Shown here: in pieces, positions 29,103 through 44,884 of the stretch
How the letters are laid out: each line of letters opens with the position of its first letter
Numbering within the stretch: position 1 is the stretch's first letter
DNA from: Eledone cirrhosa
Lineage: Eukaryota
Length of the DNA: 64,000 nt
Assembly (NCBI GenBank): GCA_964016885.1
Contig: OZ024741.1
Span: 183,954,001 to 184,018,000 of the forward strand
Direction: 5' to 3'
Notes under the pieces: generated by a model
The model's input: only the letters and a program-made list of their open reading frames with translations
Told to the model about the DNA's origin: nothing
Database searches by the model: none
Position numbers and translations under genes: made by a program

Positions 29103-29629
29103 TGCAATACATAATATATTCAATAAAATAGTTGTAACTGTAGAAACCTGCCAAAAGGCAACATAAATAAATAAATACGCCGCTAAATATGCGAATGAAA
29201 CTCTGAGATAAAAACCAGAAGCAGTCTCTCAAACACAATACAGCAACACCATACAGCACAGAAATAAAGCTTAGCATCAAACAACTATCTAAACAATGAA
29301 ACAACAAAGAAACACATTAACCAAAGAAAAGCCGAAACCTGGCAAATATTTGCATCTAACATAAATAACAAAAAAGAAGCAGTAAGCCATTATGCAAAGT
29401 AAATTAGCAGCATCAACCAATCTAAAAACAAATCAGATCTAACAAAGACTACTTGAAATAACATACTCTCTCATCAACAGTGCGCAAACTCAGTCAGGGT
29501 TGCAGGATCACTTTCAGAAAAGGAAGTAGAAAGTAGCACGAACTTTTCAAATTGGAGTAGAATCTTATAGAAAGTAACTCAAAATAGATATATGAAGCCC
29601 GTTCACATACGTACGCACACACACACACA

Positions 29630-29705
<76 letters not shown>

Positions 29706-29764
29706 CACACGCACGCACGCACACACACACACACACACACACATATATAAATATAATTTATAAG

Positions 29765-30246
29765 GATTGTTTGTAGGTCGGTTCTAATATACTTAGTGGA
29801 TAATTTAATATTCTAAGGAAAGAATCGATGGAGTGCGTTTACGGACAAAATCAATTGGCAGGAGACCCAGGGTTGACCAGGTGCAAGATGGTAAGATAAC
29901 ATCAACATCCATGAGATCGGTTGATCTCATTTGGAGATCCAACCGGATGGATTGGAGGTGATTGTTTCTAATAGGACCCACTGGAAGGCGTGCTTGAGGA
30001 CTCTTCCTCTACGACCCTCCAAAAAGAAGAAGAAGAAGAAGAAGAAGAAGAAGAAGAAGAAGAAGAAGAAGAAGAAGAAGAAGAAGAAGAAGAAGAAGAA
30101 GAAGAAGAAGAAGAAGAAGAAGAAGAAGAAGAAGAAGAAGAAGAAGGATGAGAAAAAGGAGAAGGATAAGAAGAAGAAAAAAAAAAGAAGAAGAAGAAGA
30201 AGAAGAAGAAGAAGAAGAAGAAGAAGAAGAAGAAGAAGAAGAAGAA
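29765..30246 (+). mobile_element. LINE (RTE-like) 3' end with long (AAG)n tail
   Basis: Decayed RRPRG-RP-RW-like coding at about 29860-29895, then (AAG)n at 30024-30246. Confidence 0.5.
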
Positions 30247-31065
30247 AGTTTAATATATATTCAATAGGATTTTTACCTTAGAAGTAGAAATTTAAGATAG
30301 CAAATAGCTTAGATCAAAAAAGATGTAACAGTGTCCATTCCTGAAAAATGGTGTAATCCTCTACGTGTAGCTGGCAGTTGCAATCCTGGTCTCAGTTATC
30401 AAACACTTTTAGAAAGAATCAAACCCTAAAACACGACAGAAGACAGAAACCCAAAGCGAGTATATATTTTTTTCACCTAGCTCACGGCCTTTACCTTCCA
30501 GCTTAGACCATCATCTTGCTCCTTCTCTCAGATATGATCAGAAAGCAATAGAGAATAGGTTCGATGAACTCTTAAACATTACATTTAAGGCATCTAATGT
30601 CTAAATTATTGCAATGACAATTTCTTTAATTCCATTAATGTGTGAACGTTATGACTATGGGACATGTAATGAAAAGGGAATGCAGTCTCTTGGAGTTCTG
30701 TGACGCAAATAACCGTAACCATTTACAAAACTAACTTTAGAAAACCCTCTAGCCGCCTGATGATTTAAGTCTTATGTAAATACGCATGCCAGAAATATTT
30801 CATACCCACAAGGAAACGTGATAGATGGCTGTGAGTACTAAATGAAGAATGTACCACTCAACAGAGATTAGGGATTAGTGACATCAAGGTAAGATCAAGA
30901 CTGACCCTAAGACCCAATCTCAAGAAGAGATGTATGGAAAGTGAAAAATCTCACGGTCATATGTAAGGAGATAAATACGTACAAAATCAAAGACTACGGG
31001 GAGTTTCTTCAAAACAATCTGTTGCGAGTCCCACAGATTACACATATAAATGATGCAAAGTTCTA

Positions 31066-31454
<389 letters not shown>

Positions 31455-31455
31455 A

Positions 31456-31490
<35 letters not shown>

Positions 31491-31609
31491 TATATATATA
31501 TACATGAAGAGAGAGAGAGGGGGGAGGAAGAGAGATAGAACGAGAGAGAGACTGGGAGAGAGCGAGAGATATGGAGAGAGAAAGAGGTGGGAGTGAGAGA
31601 CTACTCTAA

Positions 31610-32865
31610 CAATTTGACAGCTAAACAGTGGAAGTGGAGCAGCCGGACCATGAGGAATAGCCGTTGAGAAGCTGAAATTATCTGGCGAAGTAGGACATGC
31701 AGTAGTCACTCGCATAATCAATCAGGAAGCACAGGGAGGTGTAATCACCAATGGCTATTGAAGCAATATCAACTGTTACGGGGACAAGGGAGATGCTCAT
31801 GAAAGAAGCAACTACAAACAGATCAAATGGACTAGGTTATGACAGTAACAAAGTTATAGCATAGCTAATTAGGACGAGAATTAGCTTAGATGAAATGATG
31901 TTCGAGGTTCAGTTATAATGTGGTATTACAATGCCCTCTCCGTAGTGAGCCAATTACAGCAGGATTTCTTAGCTAAGAAGAGGTTCTCATCCTCGTTTAG
32001 TTTATTATAGTTCTCAAGGCCATAAGAGAGCTATATAATACGAGGAAACTTTCCCCAAAAATAAGCAGAGTTTAGAATGAAGAAGTCTAAATATAAACAC
32101 AGTAAAAGCAAATGTTTTAGCCAGGAAAAATACAGATTCTGCTACTATCTGAGAAGTGGACATGCTCAATACACGGTAAAGGTCACAATAAAGATACTAT
32201 AATACGTGCCCAATGTAAACTATGGGTGAGATTCTGTGGGGTCAGAGTCAGGTTGAAAAAATAAAAGGTTTCGTATATAGCAAATGCACAGGAGTAGTTA
32301 TCAGTAAGAATGATTTTGAAAGGAATTCGTAGAAACGTTCTAGATTCCCGAGAAGTTACTGTCAGCTTCTGTTACGCAAGAGACTTGTTTAGTAACAACA
32401 TTAAAGTTCCAAAAACGTAGTAATCAAAATAAGAACAGGTTCAGAACATTTCAGGGAGATTTTATCGATAATAGCAACAGGATTCCCTTTTCGTGTGAAA
32501 GTTAGATTGTATGATGCAGTGTATGAAGTGTGATAATACGCAGAAGATATACATCGATAAGACTGAAAGCAAACGAAATTATCTGTTAGATGTCTCATGA
32601 TGAAGTAAAAATTCATTAAATGTATAATTGGAATATGTTGTATTGTACAAGAAAGAAGACTGCGTTAGAATGGGCATATGCAGCATTAAGTAATGAAGTG
32701 CTAAGTGAACCAAGTGGAAGTAACCTACTGAAGAAGAGAACTGAGAAAAATTTGATATTAGAATGATGAATCCGACGAAGGAGATGATAACAAATTATAA
32801 CAAGTTGGTGAATGTCAGGCGCGCTATTGGAGAAGACGAATCCAACTCAAGTAAGTAAGGAAAAA
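31610..32865 (+). pseudogene. Highly decayed RTE-clade LINE ORF2 (reverse transcriptase)
   Basis: Translates [29 protein letters not shown]...CYGDKGDAHERSNYK, matching the KAPGP.GI..E.LK / KGD....NYR.I motifs preceding RT; many stops and deletions. Confidence 0.7.
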
Positions 32866-33016
32866 CAAACTTAACATGATATCGATAATATATTCACACA
32901 CACACACATGCTCATACACACATAGACACACACACATGCTCATACACACATACACACACACATGCTCATACACACATACACACACACACACATGCTCATA
33001 CACACATACACACACA

Positions 33017-33102
<86 letters not shown>

Positions 33103-33171
33103 CGATATTAAACAAATGGAGACTATATTTATAAAACCATATTTGTGTGTATATATATATATATATATATA

Positions 33172-34298
33172 TGAATGAAAAATGGCGTGCTGCGTTGTTG
33201 CGAATATGAACATAAGAATAAAATAGACCGGGAAACAAGAATGTCCGTCATCAGTAGCCTGCTGATTATCATTGGTATTCTTCGCATTAAAGACTAGATA
33301 CCTAAAATCAGTGCGAGCGATAACTAAATTAAGTTATCGGTACAGAGAAAAGTAACAAACAACACGGTAGTAATGCAACGTAAAGAGAGGAAAAGAGAGA
33401 CAAGTCAATGAATCTTGTGGGCTTAAGTCCGACAAATCAAATGACGAGAAGAAACTGACGCGTCCGAGCCACGAGAAAAGTGAGAGAGGAAAGAATTTCA
33501 CGTAGGTCAGACGGGAGGAAGTGAGAGAGGAGGAGTAGCAGAGAGTGAGTGAGTGAAAGTGTCAGGAAGGGGCCAGACGTTGCATTACTATCATGTTGTT
33601 TGTTTCCTTTCCTGTTTTCCTCTGTCCCGATAACTTAATTTAGTTATCGCTCGCACTGATTTTAGGTATCTAGTCTTTAATACGAAGAAATATCAATGAT
33701 AATCAGCAGACTACTGATGAAAGACATCTTGTTTCTCGGTCTGTTTTTATTCCTATGTTCATATTCGCAACAACGAAGCACGCCATTTTTCCTTCACATA
33801 TATTTTTTCCCTTCGCTGAGGTTCGTATTTTTTCTGTCACCTTACTGCTATCCTCTTTCTCTCTTCCCCTTCTCTCTCCTTCACCTCTTGCTTTCCTCCA
33901 CTCCCGCTGCTGGTCACTCACTCTCGTCTGGCCCCTTCCTCACACTTTCACTCATTCACTCTCTGCTTCTCCCACTCTCTCACTTCCTCCCGTCTGACCT
34001 GCGTGAAATTCTTTCCTCTCTCACTTTTCTCGTAGCTCGGACGCGTCTGTTTCTTCTCGTCATTTGATTTGTCGGACTTAAGCCCACAAGATTCATTGAC
34101 TTGTCTCTCTTTTCCTCTCTTTACGTTGCATTACTACCATGTTGTTTGTTTCCTTTCCTCTGTTTTCCTCTGTCCCGATAACTTAATTTAGTTATCGCTC
34201 GCACTGATTTTAGGTATCTAGTCTTTAATGCGAAGAAATACCAATGATAATCAGCAGACTACTGATGACGGACATTCTTGTTTCTCGGTCTGTTTTTA

Positions 34299-34302
<4 letters not shown>
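33172..34302. mobile_element. Inverted plus tandem repeat unit (about 545 bp) in (TA)n, pLTR-like
   Basis: 33172-33580 is the reverse complement of parts of 33580-34302; CGATAACTTAATTTAGTTATCGCTCGCACTGATTTTAGG occurs three times. Confidence 0.75.
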
Positions 34303-34332
<30 letters not shown>

Positions 34333-34336
34333 TATG

Positions 34337-34689
34337 TAGAAGGATTTAAATGGATACAGTTTAGTTAAAAGGAATTTATTGACACGTGTTTCAATAACAG
34401 TTACATAACCTGAAAACAGCTGCTATCTACAAAGTATTAGTTATGCAGACATTCAATATTTCAATATTATTATCAACTGTCATTTCATCAGAATAATTTT
34501 ATTGAGAACCAAACAGGTTCTCAATAAAATTATTCTGATGAAATGACAGTTGATAATAATATTGAAATATTGAATGTCTGCATAACTAATACTTTGTAGA
34601 TAGCAGCTGTTTTCAGGTTATGTAACTGTTATTGAAACACGTGTCAATAAATTCCTTTTAACTAAACTGTATCCATTTAAATCCTTCTA
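34337..34689. repeat. Perfect palindrome, 174-bp arms, 5-bp spacer
   Basis: 34337-34510 is the reverse complement of 34516-34689; spacer AAACA. Confidence 0.9.
34530..34650 (+). ncRNA. Canonical type I hammerhead ribozyme, family G
   Basis: ttatt-CTGATGA-aatgacagtt...aactgttatt-GAAAC-acgt-GTC-aataa; stem III ACACGTGT is a palindrome; mirror copy at 34376-34496(-). Confidence 0.9.
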
Positions 34690-34769
34690 TTTTCTCCGGA
34701 TTACTTTTGAAACTACAACTGGAACCGTCGAGCAAACTCTACGTGAGCTGTCCATCTACTGTGTGTAAT

Positions 34770-35709
<940 letters not shown>

Positions 35710-35723
35710 AACATATATATATG

Positions 35724-35764
<41 letters not shown>

Positions 35765-35923
35765 CATGCACACACACACTCACCTCATACATATATATGT
35801 ATATATGCAAAAGTTTTATTTAAGATTGTTGGGTTACAACGAGTAAATATTTTATAACTGATATAAAAGCACTCGACAGTTTCTGGAGTAGGTTTACGAT
35901 ATTAAACAAATGGAAACAAAAGG

Positions 35924-37552
35924 TTGATTGCACCATCAAAATCTGACCTGGGTAAACTTAGCAAGAACATTCTAGACAGAGTGATACAGCAAATTAAGGA
36001 CTTGAATTGTTTACCTGGCTTGACCTTGTGGAAGGGTACTGGGGAGGTCATTGAGTGGTTTAATGAAATTAAATATAACAATAATAATAAATTTATTCAA
36101 CTAGATATTGCTAACTACTATTCATCCATTACCCCTAATCTACTTAATAAGGCACTAAATTACGCATTCAAGCATACAGACCTAACTAGCAATGAAATGC
36201 ACATTATATTATCGGCAAGGAAAACTTTGATAGAATTTAATAACCAACTATGGACTAGAGCAGATAGAGATAATAATTTTGACATTACTATGGGATCATC
36301 AGACTCAGCTCAGGTAACGGACCTTGTGGGCCTATCTATAATTAATTCGCTGCATAGGAAAATACCCGGTGTTACCGGAGGTTTATATAGAGATGACATG
36401 CTTTTACTTATTGAAAATAATAACTCCGAACTAAATAAGAAAAGAAAACAAATTATACAATTTTTTAATTACCTTAATCTAAAAATAGAAATTGAGAATA
36501 ACCATAAAATAGTCAATTTCCTAGACGTAACATTTAATCTCAACACATGTCTTCACTATCCATTTCACAAGTTAAATGAAAACTTGAATTATGTCAATTT
36601 TAGCTCCAATCACCCCAGATCTGTCAAAAATACTATAGTAAACTCTGTTCAAAAACGTATCTCTAGAATCTCTTCCAATAAAAATATTTTTGACGAAAAA
36701 GCCCAATATTATAATGATGCTTTAGCTAGAGCAGGATATAGTGATAAAATTATGTACATCGATAATAGACAAACTAACCAAAATAACAACAATTTTAATT
36801 ACAGTAACAACTTTAACAACTATAATAGAAAGCACTACAATAATTTCAAAAACCAGAAAAGAAATAGAACTAGAAATATAATATGGTTTGCCCCCCCTTT
36901 CTCACTAAACATTAAAACCCACATCGCTAAACTATTTTTTAATGCTCTTGACAAACGCTTCCCTAGAACACATAAGTATCACTCAATTTTTAATAGACAT
37001 ACTATAAAATTAACGTACTCGTCCACCAAAAATTTAGCACAAAATATTAATAGAATAAATAATAGGAATCTAAAACCTAGCCAAAATACCGAAAATAGCC
37101 TAAACAATATTCAACTAAAAAACTGTAACTGTAGAGATAGATCTAAATGTCCGCTAAATAAGAATTGCTTAGTTAAAAATATAATATACAACTGTAATGT
37201 TTGAACTGATTTAAATTCTTTTAATTATGTTGGTTCCACCTCGACAGAATTTAAACTTCGCTATAATAATCACAAAAATTCTTTCACGGATTCAAATAAA
37301 AAATCATCAACATCGCTGTCAGGGCTTCTCTGGCAACTTAAGCATGATAAAGTTGGATATTCGATGGTTTGGAATATAGTCTCAAAAGGGATTCATTTTA
37401 ATTCCTCTTCTGAGACTTGTGACCTCTGCGCGGAGGAGATATTCTTTATATTAAAATCTAAAAATTCCCTTAATTTACGAACCAATTTATTCAGCTGTTG
37501 CAGACATAGATTGAACTCAACATTTAAATATAAATATAAATTTAAAATGTAG
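35924..37552 (+). pseudogene. Penelope-like element polyprotein (RT plus C-terminal GIY-YIG endonuclease), 5'-truncated, one in-frame stop
   Basis: LDIANYYSSI, MGSSDSAQVTDLVG, GLYRDD, NFLDVTF, SNHP, WFAPPFS, CNCR..CPL..C, IIY..*..YVGSTST.FK.RY.NH, CDLC..E, CCRH; ORFs 35924-37204 and 37364-37552 are in the same frame across one TGA. Confidence 0.92.
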
Positions 37553-38799
37553 TATAAAATGTAGTATATTTACTTAAGGTATTTGACTATTTGTGATACT
37601 TGGCGATAAATCTTTCGATTCCTTTAAATTTTTTTTAAAACCTTTCCGCATGAATATATAATTAATGAGATTAAATAAACTACTCTAAAATTGGCGTTGG
37701 TCCCAATCTTTTGAATAAATTTTTAAGCTGGATAAACTTCTATAATAAATATAAGAGCATTTGTAGAATAAGTTTTGAATGATTTCTGATAAATAAGGCT
37801 TGGTGAGCAATTTTGGTCTTGTTTGCTTTGACTCTGATTCTATGACCGATATGCGTGGCATACTATGTTCTCTTGCGTCCGTAGATACTCTGTGGAGTGA
37901 CGAAGATATTCTTGGCGTTTTTAATTTTAATATTGATATCTGTTGTCTACTCTATGCTTGATTGATGATTGTTTTAGATGTTAATGTATATCTTATATGT
38001 TTTGTGTCTATATATATGTATATATGTATGTAAATGTATGTAGGGTGGAATCTCTTCTAACGCATTGAAGTTTTTCTTTTCTGACACATTGAAGTTTTTC
38101 ATGAAATATAAGAATCAGTGCAGCGTATCACCTAGGTTCACATGTGCGTCTTTATTTATCAACTTGAATTTGAGATAACCTTCTCTTTTCTCATTTTTCA
38201 CGAGAATGCATATATACTTATGTTTGAAGTTTTGTCTCAGATTTTGCTTATAGACCTAAGAATTTTTAAACTGAGCATGTGGTCATTTTTTTTACACATT
38301 ATAGATATGTGTCTCATTCATGAATACTGGTATTTACATTATAGTGCCTAATTCATAAAAATTGATAATTCAAATGGATGAGACATAATATATTTTTAAT
38401 ATATTTTAAATATATCATCTTTCTTTCTTTTCCTCCTATACACTAATCTAACTGTATCCCTTCCCTTAACCTCTCACATATACGATGATCATCTGTCAAA
38501 ATGCAGCCTACTATGTTTTTTTTTTTTTTTTTCACCATCAATGTATTTCTCTCTATCCTTGTCTCTCTATCTCGCTCCGTTGTTTTTCTTTACATACATC
38601 TCTTTTCTCTTTTCTCTTTGCATACATCTCTTCATCTTCTTTTTTATTTACATACATCTCTTCACCTTCTTCTTCTCATCTTCGTTTTCTTTCTATATAA
38701 CTATCATAACAGTTTCACTACCAAATCAACTTTTTTAAAAGGAAGTTGCATTCTCACAAGGTATGTCACTAATTATTTATAAAACAGCTTATGTATTGT

Positions 38800-38863
38800 A
38801 TTTTGTCTGAGGAAGGCATAACATATTTTTAATATGATATCCCAGAAATATATATAACGAAAT
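38800..38863 (+). ncRNA. Type I hammerhead ribozyme at the 3' end of PLE 1 (family C)
   Basis: attttgt-CTGAGGA-agg...ccca-GAAA-tatata-TA-acgaaat; decayed copy at about 54870-54927. Confidence 0.7.
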
Positions 38864-38925
38864 AAATATGGTTTTATAAATATAGTTTCCATTTGTTTAA
38901 TATCGTATATATGTATATATATATT

Positions 38926-38968
<43 letters not shown>

Positions 38969-38995
38969 GTATGTATGAGGTGAGTGTGTGTGTGC

Positions 38996-39046
<51 letters not shown>

Positions 39047-39053
39047 TATATAC

Positions 39054-39120
<67 letters not shown>

Positions 39121-39127
39121 TATATAC

Positions 39128-39190
<63 letters not shown>

Positions 39191-39243
39191 TACATATATA
39201 TAAATAAAAATAAACCAGGTTACCCGTTTAAATCCATTATTTA

Positions 39244-39364
39244 ATTTCTACGTCCGTTTCAATATAGGTGACGATAGTACATGCATATGAAAACAATCGC
39301 AAGCAGTTAATTACCAATTATTTACTGAAGACTTAATACATATAACTGCATGTCTTCAGGAAAT
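39244..39364 (-). ncRNA. Hammerhead-like motif with long stem II
   Basis: atttc-CTGAAGA-catgcagtta...-GAAAC-ggac-GTA-gaaat; base of stem II is imperfect. Confidence 0.5.
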
Positions 39365-39906
39365 ATGAGAAGGAATAAGGTTTACCAAATTCAAACAATA
39401 AGAATATGCATCCAATGTTGTCAGACAGGGATAATATTAGCAAATAAATAAATAAAGAGTGCAACCCCTGCCTACATAAGAAAATAATATGACAGAGTAA
39501 CCACTCAGAGTGAATTCCGCCCCAATAAGAACATGGCATTCAATTAGCTCTGAGTCAAATACAAACAAAAATTAACAACCACTTTTTTCATTCTCGTTTA
39601 TTCTTTCTCTGTTTATTCCTATCTATTATGTAATTATACACCTGATGATGTCCCCCGGGTTCATACGTAACCTGGCCACTGAAATGTGCATAGTTTTTGC
39701 AGTAATAAAATCTGAAGGGATACAACATGTCTGGCCTCTGGTCATTTTACCCTATAATATATATATATATAAAGGAACAATCGACTTTCGTCAAATCGGA
39801 CCGAGGAAACAATGTTTCCGTTGGTCTTTTCAATTGCTAATACTATCTATCGGTCGCAACTCCAGGTAGAAGGAGCAACGTGAAATAAAGTGTCTTGCTG
39901 AAGGAA

Positions 39907-40047
<141 letters not shown>

Positions 40048-40924
40048 TGTGTGTGTATGTATGTGTGTGTGTGTGTGTGTAGATCATGGGTTGTGGAAAA
40101 ATCACGGGAGCAGTGATGTTGATGTTCAATATTTCATTTATTGATAATTTTATATATATATATAAATAGTTCTAACACATGTTTCGATACAGCAAAGTTT
40201 TTTAGCTTATAATTGTCTGAATGGTTGTTGTACAATCATGGTATTATTGCTGAGAGAAAATCATTATCTTTGTAGTTATATTTATTTATTGAATTATTTT
40301 CTTAACTCAAGCAATCTCACTCTCTCCCCCTCTCCCCCTCTCTGCTATCTATCTATTTCGTTTAACTAGCTAATAATTACTAACACTTTACATTTAACAC
40401 ATTTAACATGCTGTCTCTCCATACATGTAGATATGTTCACAGACAAAGCATTTACTCGTTAGCATTATGTCTGACATTGCACACATAATTCCTCCTCACC
40501 ATATATCTCTCTTTCTCACTCCCTCTCTTTCTCACTCTCTTACTTCTGCCTCCCTTGTTTATTTTTGCCTCTCAGACACATATATTACATATTAAAGACA
40601 CACTGGCAAAATATATAACGATACAAATACACAAACCAACACATACACACAAAAGCAGACCCCTCGCTCTATCACTTCTCCACCTTTACTCCTTCCATCT
40701 CTTACCCCACCCAGCTTCCTTTGTTTTTGTCTTCATTTCTGTCTTCTTCTAGTCATACACACCCATATTTTTAAAGAAGGACTCTGTTCCATAATACAAA
40801 CACACTAGACAGACACACCATGCGAACAAAGTAATCAGTGGTACACGTCTTCCATAACGATAGCAGAGACAATATTAAGTGTACACTACTCATCCATTCA
40901 ATTCACCTGTTTGTATATTATTAA

Positions 40925-40935
40925 TATTATTATTA

Positions 40936-41018
<83 letters not shown>

Positions 41019-41038
41019 GCTCTTGTTGTTATTATTAT
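40925..41038. repeat. (TTA)n-(TTG)n compound microsatellite
   Basis: Direct reading. Confidence 0.9.
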
Positions 41039-41439
41039 CTCCCCTATCTCTACCTCTCCTTCCTTCCTCTAGTCAATGTGTGTGTCTCAAGGGAATTTAG
41101 GCTTATTTGGAATGGTATGGGGCGTGGTAGTGTCTGTGTGTTGGTTGTGTTGTGTTGTGTTGCATTGTGCATGTATGTGTACATATATATATATGTGCAT
41201 GTGTGCTGTGTGGGTGTATAAGTGTGTGTGTGGTGTATGGGGTTAGAACGCAGTTTGTGGCGCATCGTTCGGATGATTTACGAAGATATAAGAATAAATA
41301 GAGAAACAACAACAACAAAAAATTGATCTCTCGTCTGTTAACTTCTAGTGCTTATACAGTGACACTGACAAACAGACAGACATATACACCCGCATACACA
41401 TGCAAGGCAGAAATAGAAACACCCCCGCAATTAAATTCA

Positions 41440-42240
41440 TAAGCACACATTCATACAAATATATATATACACACAGACACAAACATATGCACAAATATAT
41501 ATATATATACTAATGTACACATAGACCCATACATCGACATAAATAAATACATAAATACATACATGCATACGTACATACATACGTTCATACATACACATAC
41601 TCATACATACATAAATAAATACATACACACACATATACATACATTCATGCATACATAGATACGTACATACATGCACACCCATACATGCATATGCAAAATT
41701 ATACACACGTAGACACACACTTACATACATAAATACATACATATATACATACATAAATCCATACATAAATACATACACATATACATATATAAATACATAC
41801 ATATATATATATACAGACATACGTGCATACATACACACGCTCATACATATATGAATAAATACATACATACACACATACATACATACATTCATGCATACAT
41901 AGATACGTACGTACATACATGCACACACATACATCGATATGCAAAATTCTACACACTTGGACACACGCACACAGAAACATACATATATACATACATAAAT
42001 ACATACATAAAAACATACATGAGTACATACATACACACACTCATACATACATAAATAAATACATACATAAACACAGATATACACGCATGCCTGCATAGAT
42101 ACGTACGTACATACATGCACACACATACATCGATATACAAAAATTCTACACACTCAGACACACGCACACATAAACATACGGAACACAGTCACGGAGACAC
42201 ATAAGACGCACACACACACACATACACACACATACACCAA
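41440..42240. repeat. Degenerate ACAT-based tandem repeat with a 200-250-bp superperiod
   Basis: CATAGATACGTAC...CAAAATT(C/A)TACACAC block recurs at about 41650, 41895 and 42093. Confidence 0.7.
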
Positions 42241-42445
42241 GACATAAATTAAATATGAATGAAAATAAAAATAGTATTTAAAAACACGAATGAAAGGAAA
42301 AGGATGAATGAAAGGAAAAAGATCTAAAATATCAGAAGGAAGAAAAAGAAAAAGAACGAGAAAGGGAATGAAATTAAATGAAAGTGAAATTATAAACAAT
42401 GAAAGAGACTCAATACTTGTTCAACAAAAAACACAACCAACAGGG

Positions 42446-42507
<62 letters not shown>

Positions 42508-42508
42508 G

Positions 42509-42583
<75 letters not shown>

Positions 42584-43349
42584 ATTATATATATATATAT
42601 ATACATCCTCTCTCTATATATGTGTGTATGTATAATTGTATCTACACACATACACACATATATATATATATATTCTTATACACACATATGCAGAGAGAGA
42701 GAAAGGGTGAGAGAGAGAATGTAAGAGAAGAAGAAAAAGGGAATGGAAGAGAGGAGAGATAATAAAGGGTGAAATTAGTTAATGAATAAATAAGGCACTG
42801 AAAAGAATCAAACAGGCTCTTGATTAAAACACTTGACACCACACACAGACACACACACATACATACATATACACACACACACACACACAAATACATACAA
42901 ATGCATATATACATACACATAAATATAAATACATGCTTACATATCCATACAGGTACACACACACATACTTATATCTATCTATATCCTTATCAATAATATA
43001 TATCCATATGTTTTAGCATGCAAATATGAGGAAAAAGAGCTCAATACCAAATTAGGGACTATTATATAGTTAAGGGTCGGACGCCATGCTTTCCAGCTTA
43101 GTTACGTCCCTTTACGGACTGAGTTCAAAACCCGCCGAGGTTGACTTTGCCTTTCATCCTTACGGGGTCGATAAAATAAAGTACCAGTAATGCACTGGGT
43201 AATTGCTGGCCTTGTGCCTAAAGTAGAAACAATTATGTAGTTATATTACTGGGATTATTCTCTGGTGTCACTCTGATTTTCGCGGAATCTCACTGATCAC
43301 ACCGCTGGAAACAATTTCTTTTACATGTCACTATATATATATATATATA

Positions 43350-43464
<115 letters not shown>

Positions 43465-43758
43465 TTATGTAAACAAATGTTTCCAGCTACATGATCAGCG
43501 ATAACGGGTTGCCCTTCTGCGACAAAACTCTTTCCCCCCGAGAAAACCCCCAGTTGATGGATGTGAAATCCGAAATATAGGGACTATTAAATCGTTTCTA
43601 ATGTAACTCTATGTCTTCTTACTTTTTACACCTTTCCTTCGTTCTTTTGCACTCTCTACGTCTCTTGCTACCGTTCCCCCTACTTCTCCCTCTCTCAATA
43701 TCACCTGATTTCGTTACCCGGAGATTTATCCATCTGCATTGTTGAGGCTTCCAAAACG

Positions 43759-43800
<42 letters not shown>

Positions 43801-43983
43801 ATGATTTCTTCCGAATGAAACAGTTCTAGTCCTGTATATATATATATACCGCGTTAGTTCAGAGCTAGCTGTCGAAATGGCAGGAGCTTAGCAATCGGAG
43901 TCCTGACTTTTTTCCTATATATATATATATATTTAATGTAGAAAGGCTTATACATGACTAGAACTGTTTCATTCGGGAGAAAT

Positions 43984-44058
<75 letters not shown>

Positions 44059-44123
44059 TATATATATATATATATGTATACACACACACACACACACATG
44101 TATATATATATATATATATGTAT

Positions 44124-44156
<33 letters not shown>

Positions 44157-44413
44157 TATATATGTGTGTGTGTGTATATATATATCAATAGGAAAATGTA
44201 TGACCCCGACGGCAGAGCCGTCGAAATTGCTTGAGCTCTGCCGTCGGGGTCATACATTTTCCTATAGATATATATATACACACACACGACGGCAGAGCTC
44301 AAGCCATTTCGACGGCTCTGCCGTCGGGGTCATCCATTTTCCTATTACCCACTCTACTACCCTAAGTATTGAGTACTCTGGTACGTTATGGTCCATCTGG
44401 TTCCTTACCACAA

Positions 44414-44535
<122 letters not shown>

Positions 44536-44884
44536 CGTTTCTGAATTTGTTTAGCAAGATTCTTTATCTGAAATCGTGTGTTGAAACCGATATTGTTATA
44601 CTTTGGGAGGGTCATGTTGCCAATAAGAAACACACGCACCAGTTGCTTTCACTTCAATTTATTATATATTTATAAATTTATAAATTTACAAATCTACAAA
44701 CTTATAAATTTCTGGTTGGTTGGTTGGTTCCACAACCAGATAGTTGTTTATATATAGTCATAGTCCTTTCGCCACACACTCTGTGACCTCTTCAGTGACT
44801 GGGGATTCCTTTCTTTGTTTCTGTGCCATTCCTTTCTTCTATCCTACGCCATTTTGTTTCTTTGTGTGTGTTGTGTGCTCAGAT

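Larger units (their letters stand above)
35895..38908 (+). mobile_element. Extent of PLE insertion 1 including 3' UTR/pLTR
   Basis: 3' terminus GTTTCCATTTGTTTAATATCGTA (about 38885-38908) is present inverted at the 5' junction (about 35895-35917); followed by (TA)n. Confidence 0.8.

Noticed and set aside
29931-30281. Poly-Lys/Arg ORF
   Set aside because: (AAG)n tail of a LINE fragment.
37202-37204. In-frame TGA in PLE 1 as selenocysteine (selenoprotein-coding PLEs exist in the Naiad clade)
   Set aside because: The TGA aligns with V/T residues in the other two PLEs (YKCVVTT, YKCKVVT), not with a conserved Cys. Domain order here is C-terminal endonuclease, not Naiad-type, and no SECIS was recognised. 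Most likely a nonsense mutation.
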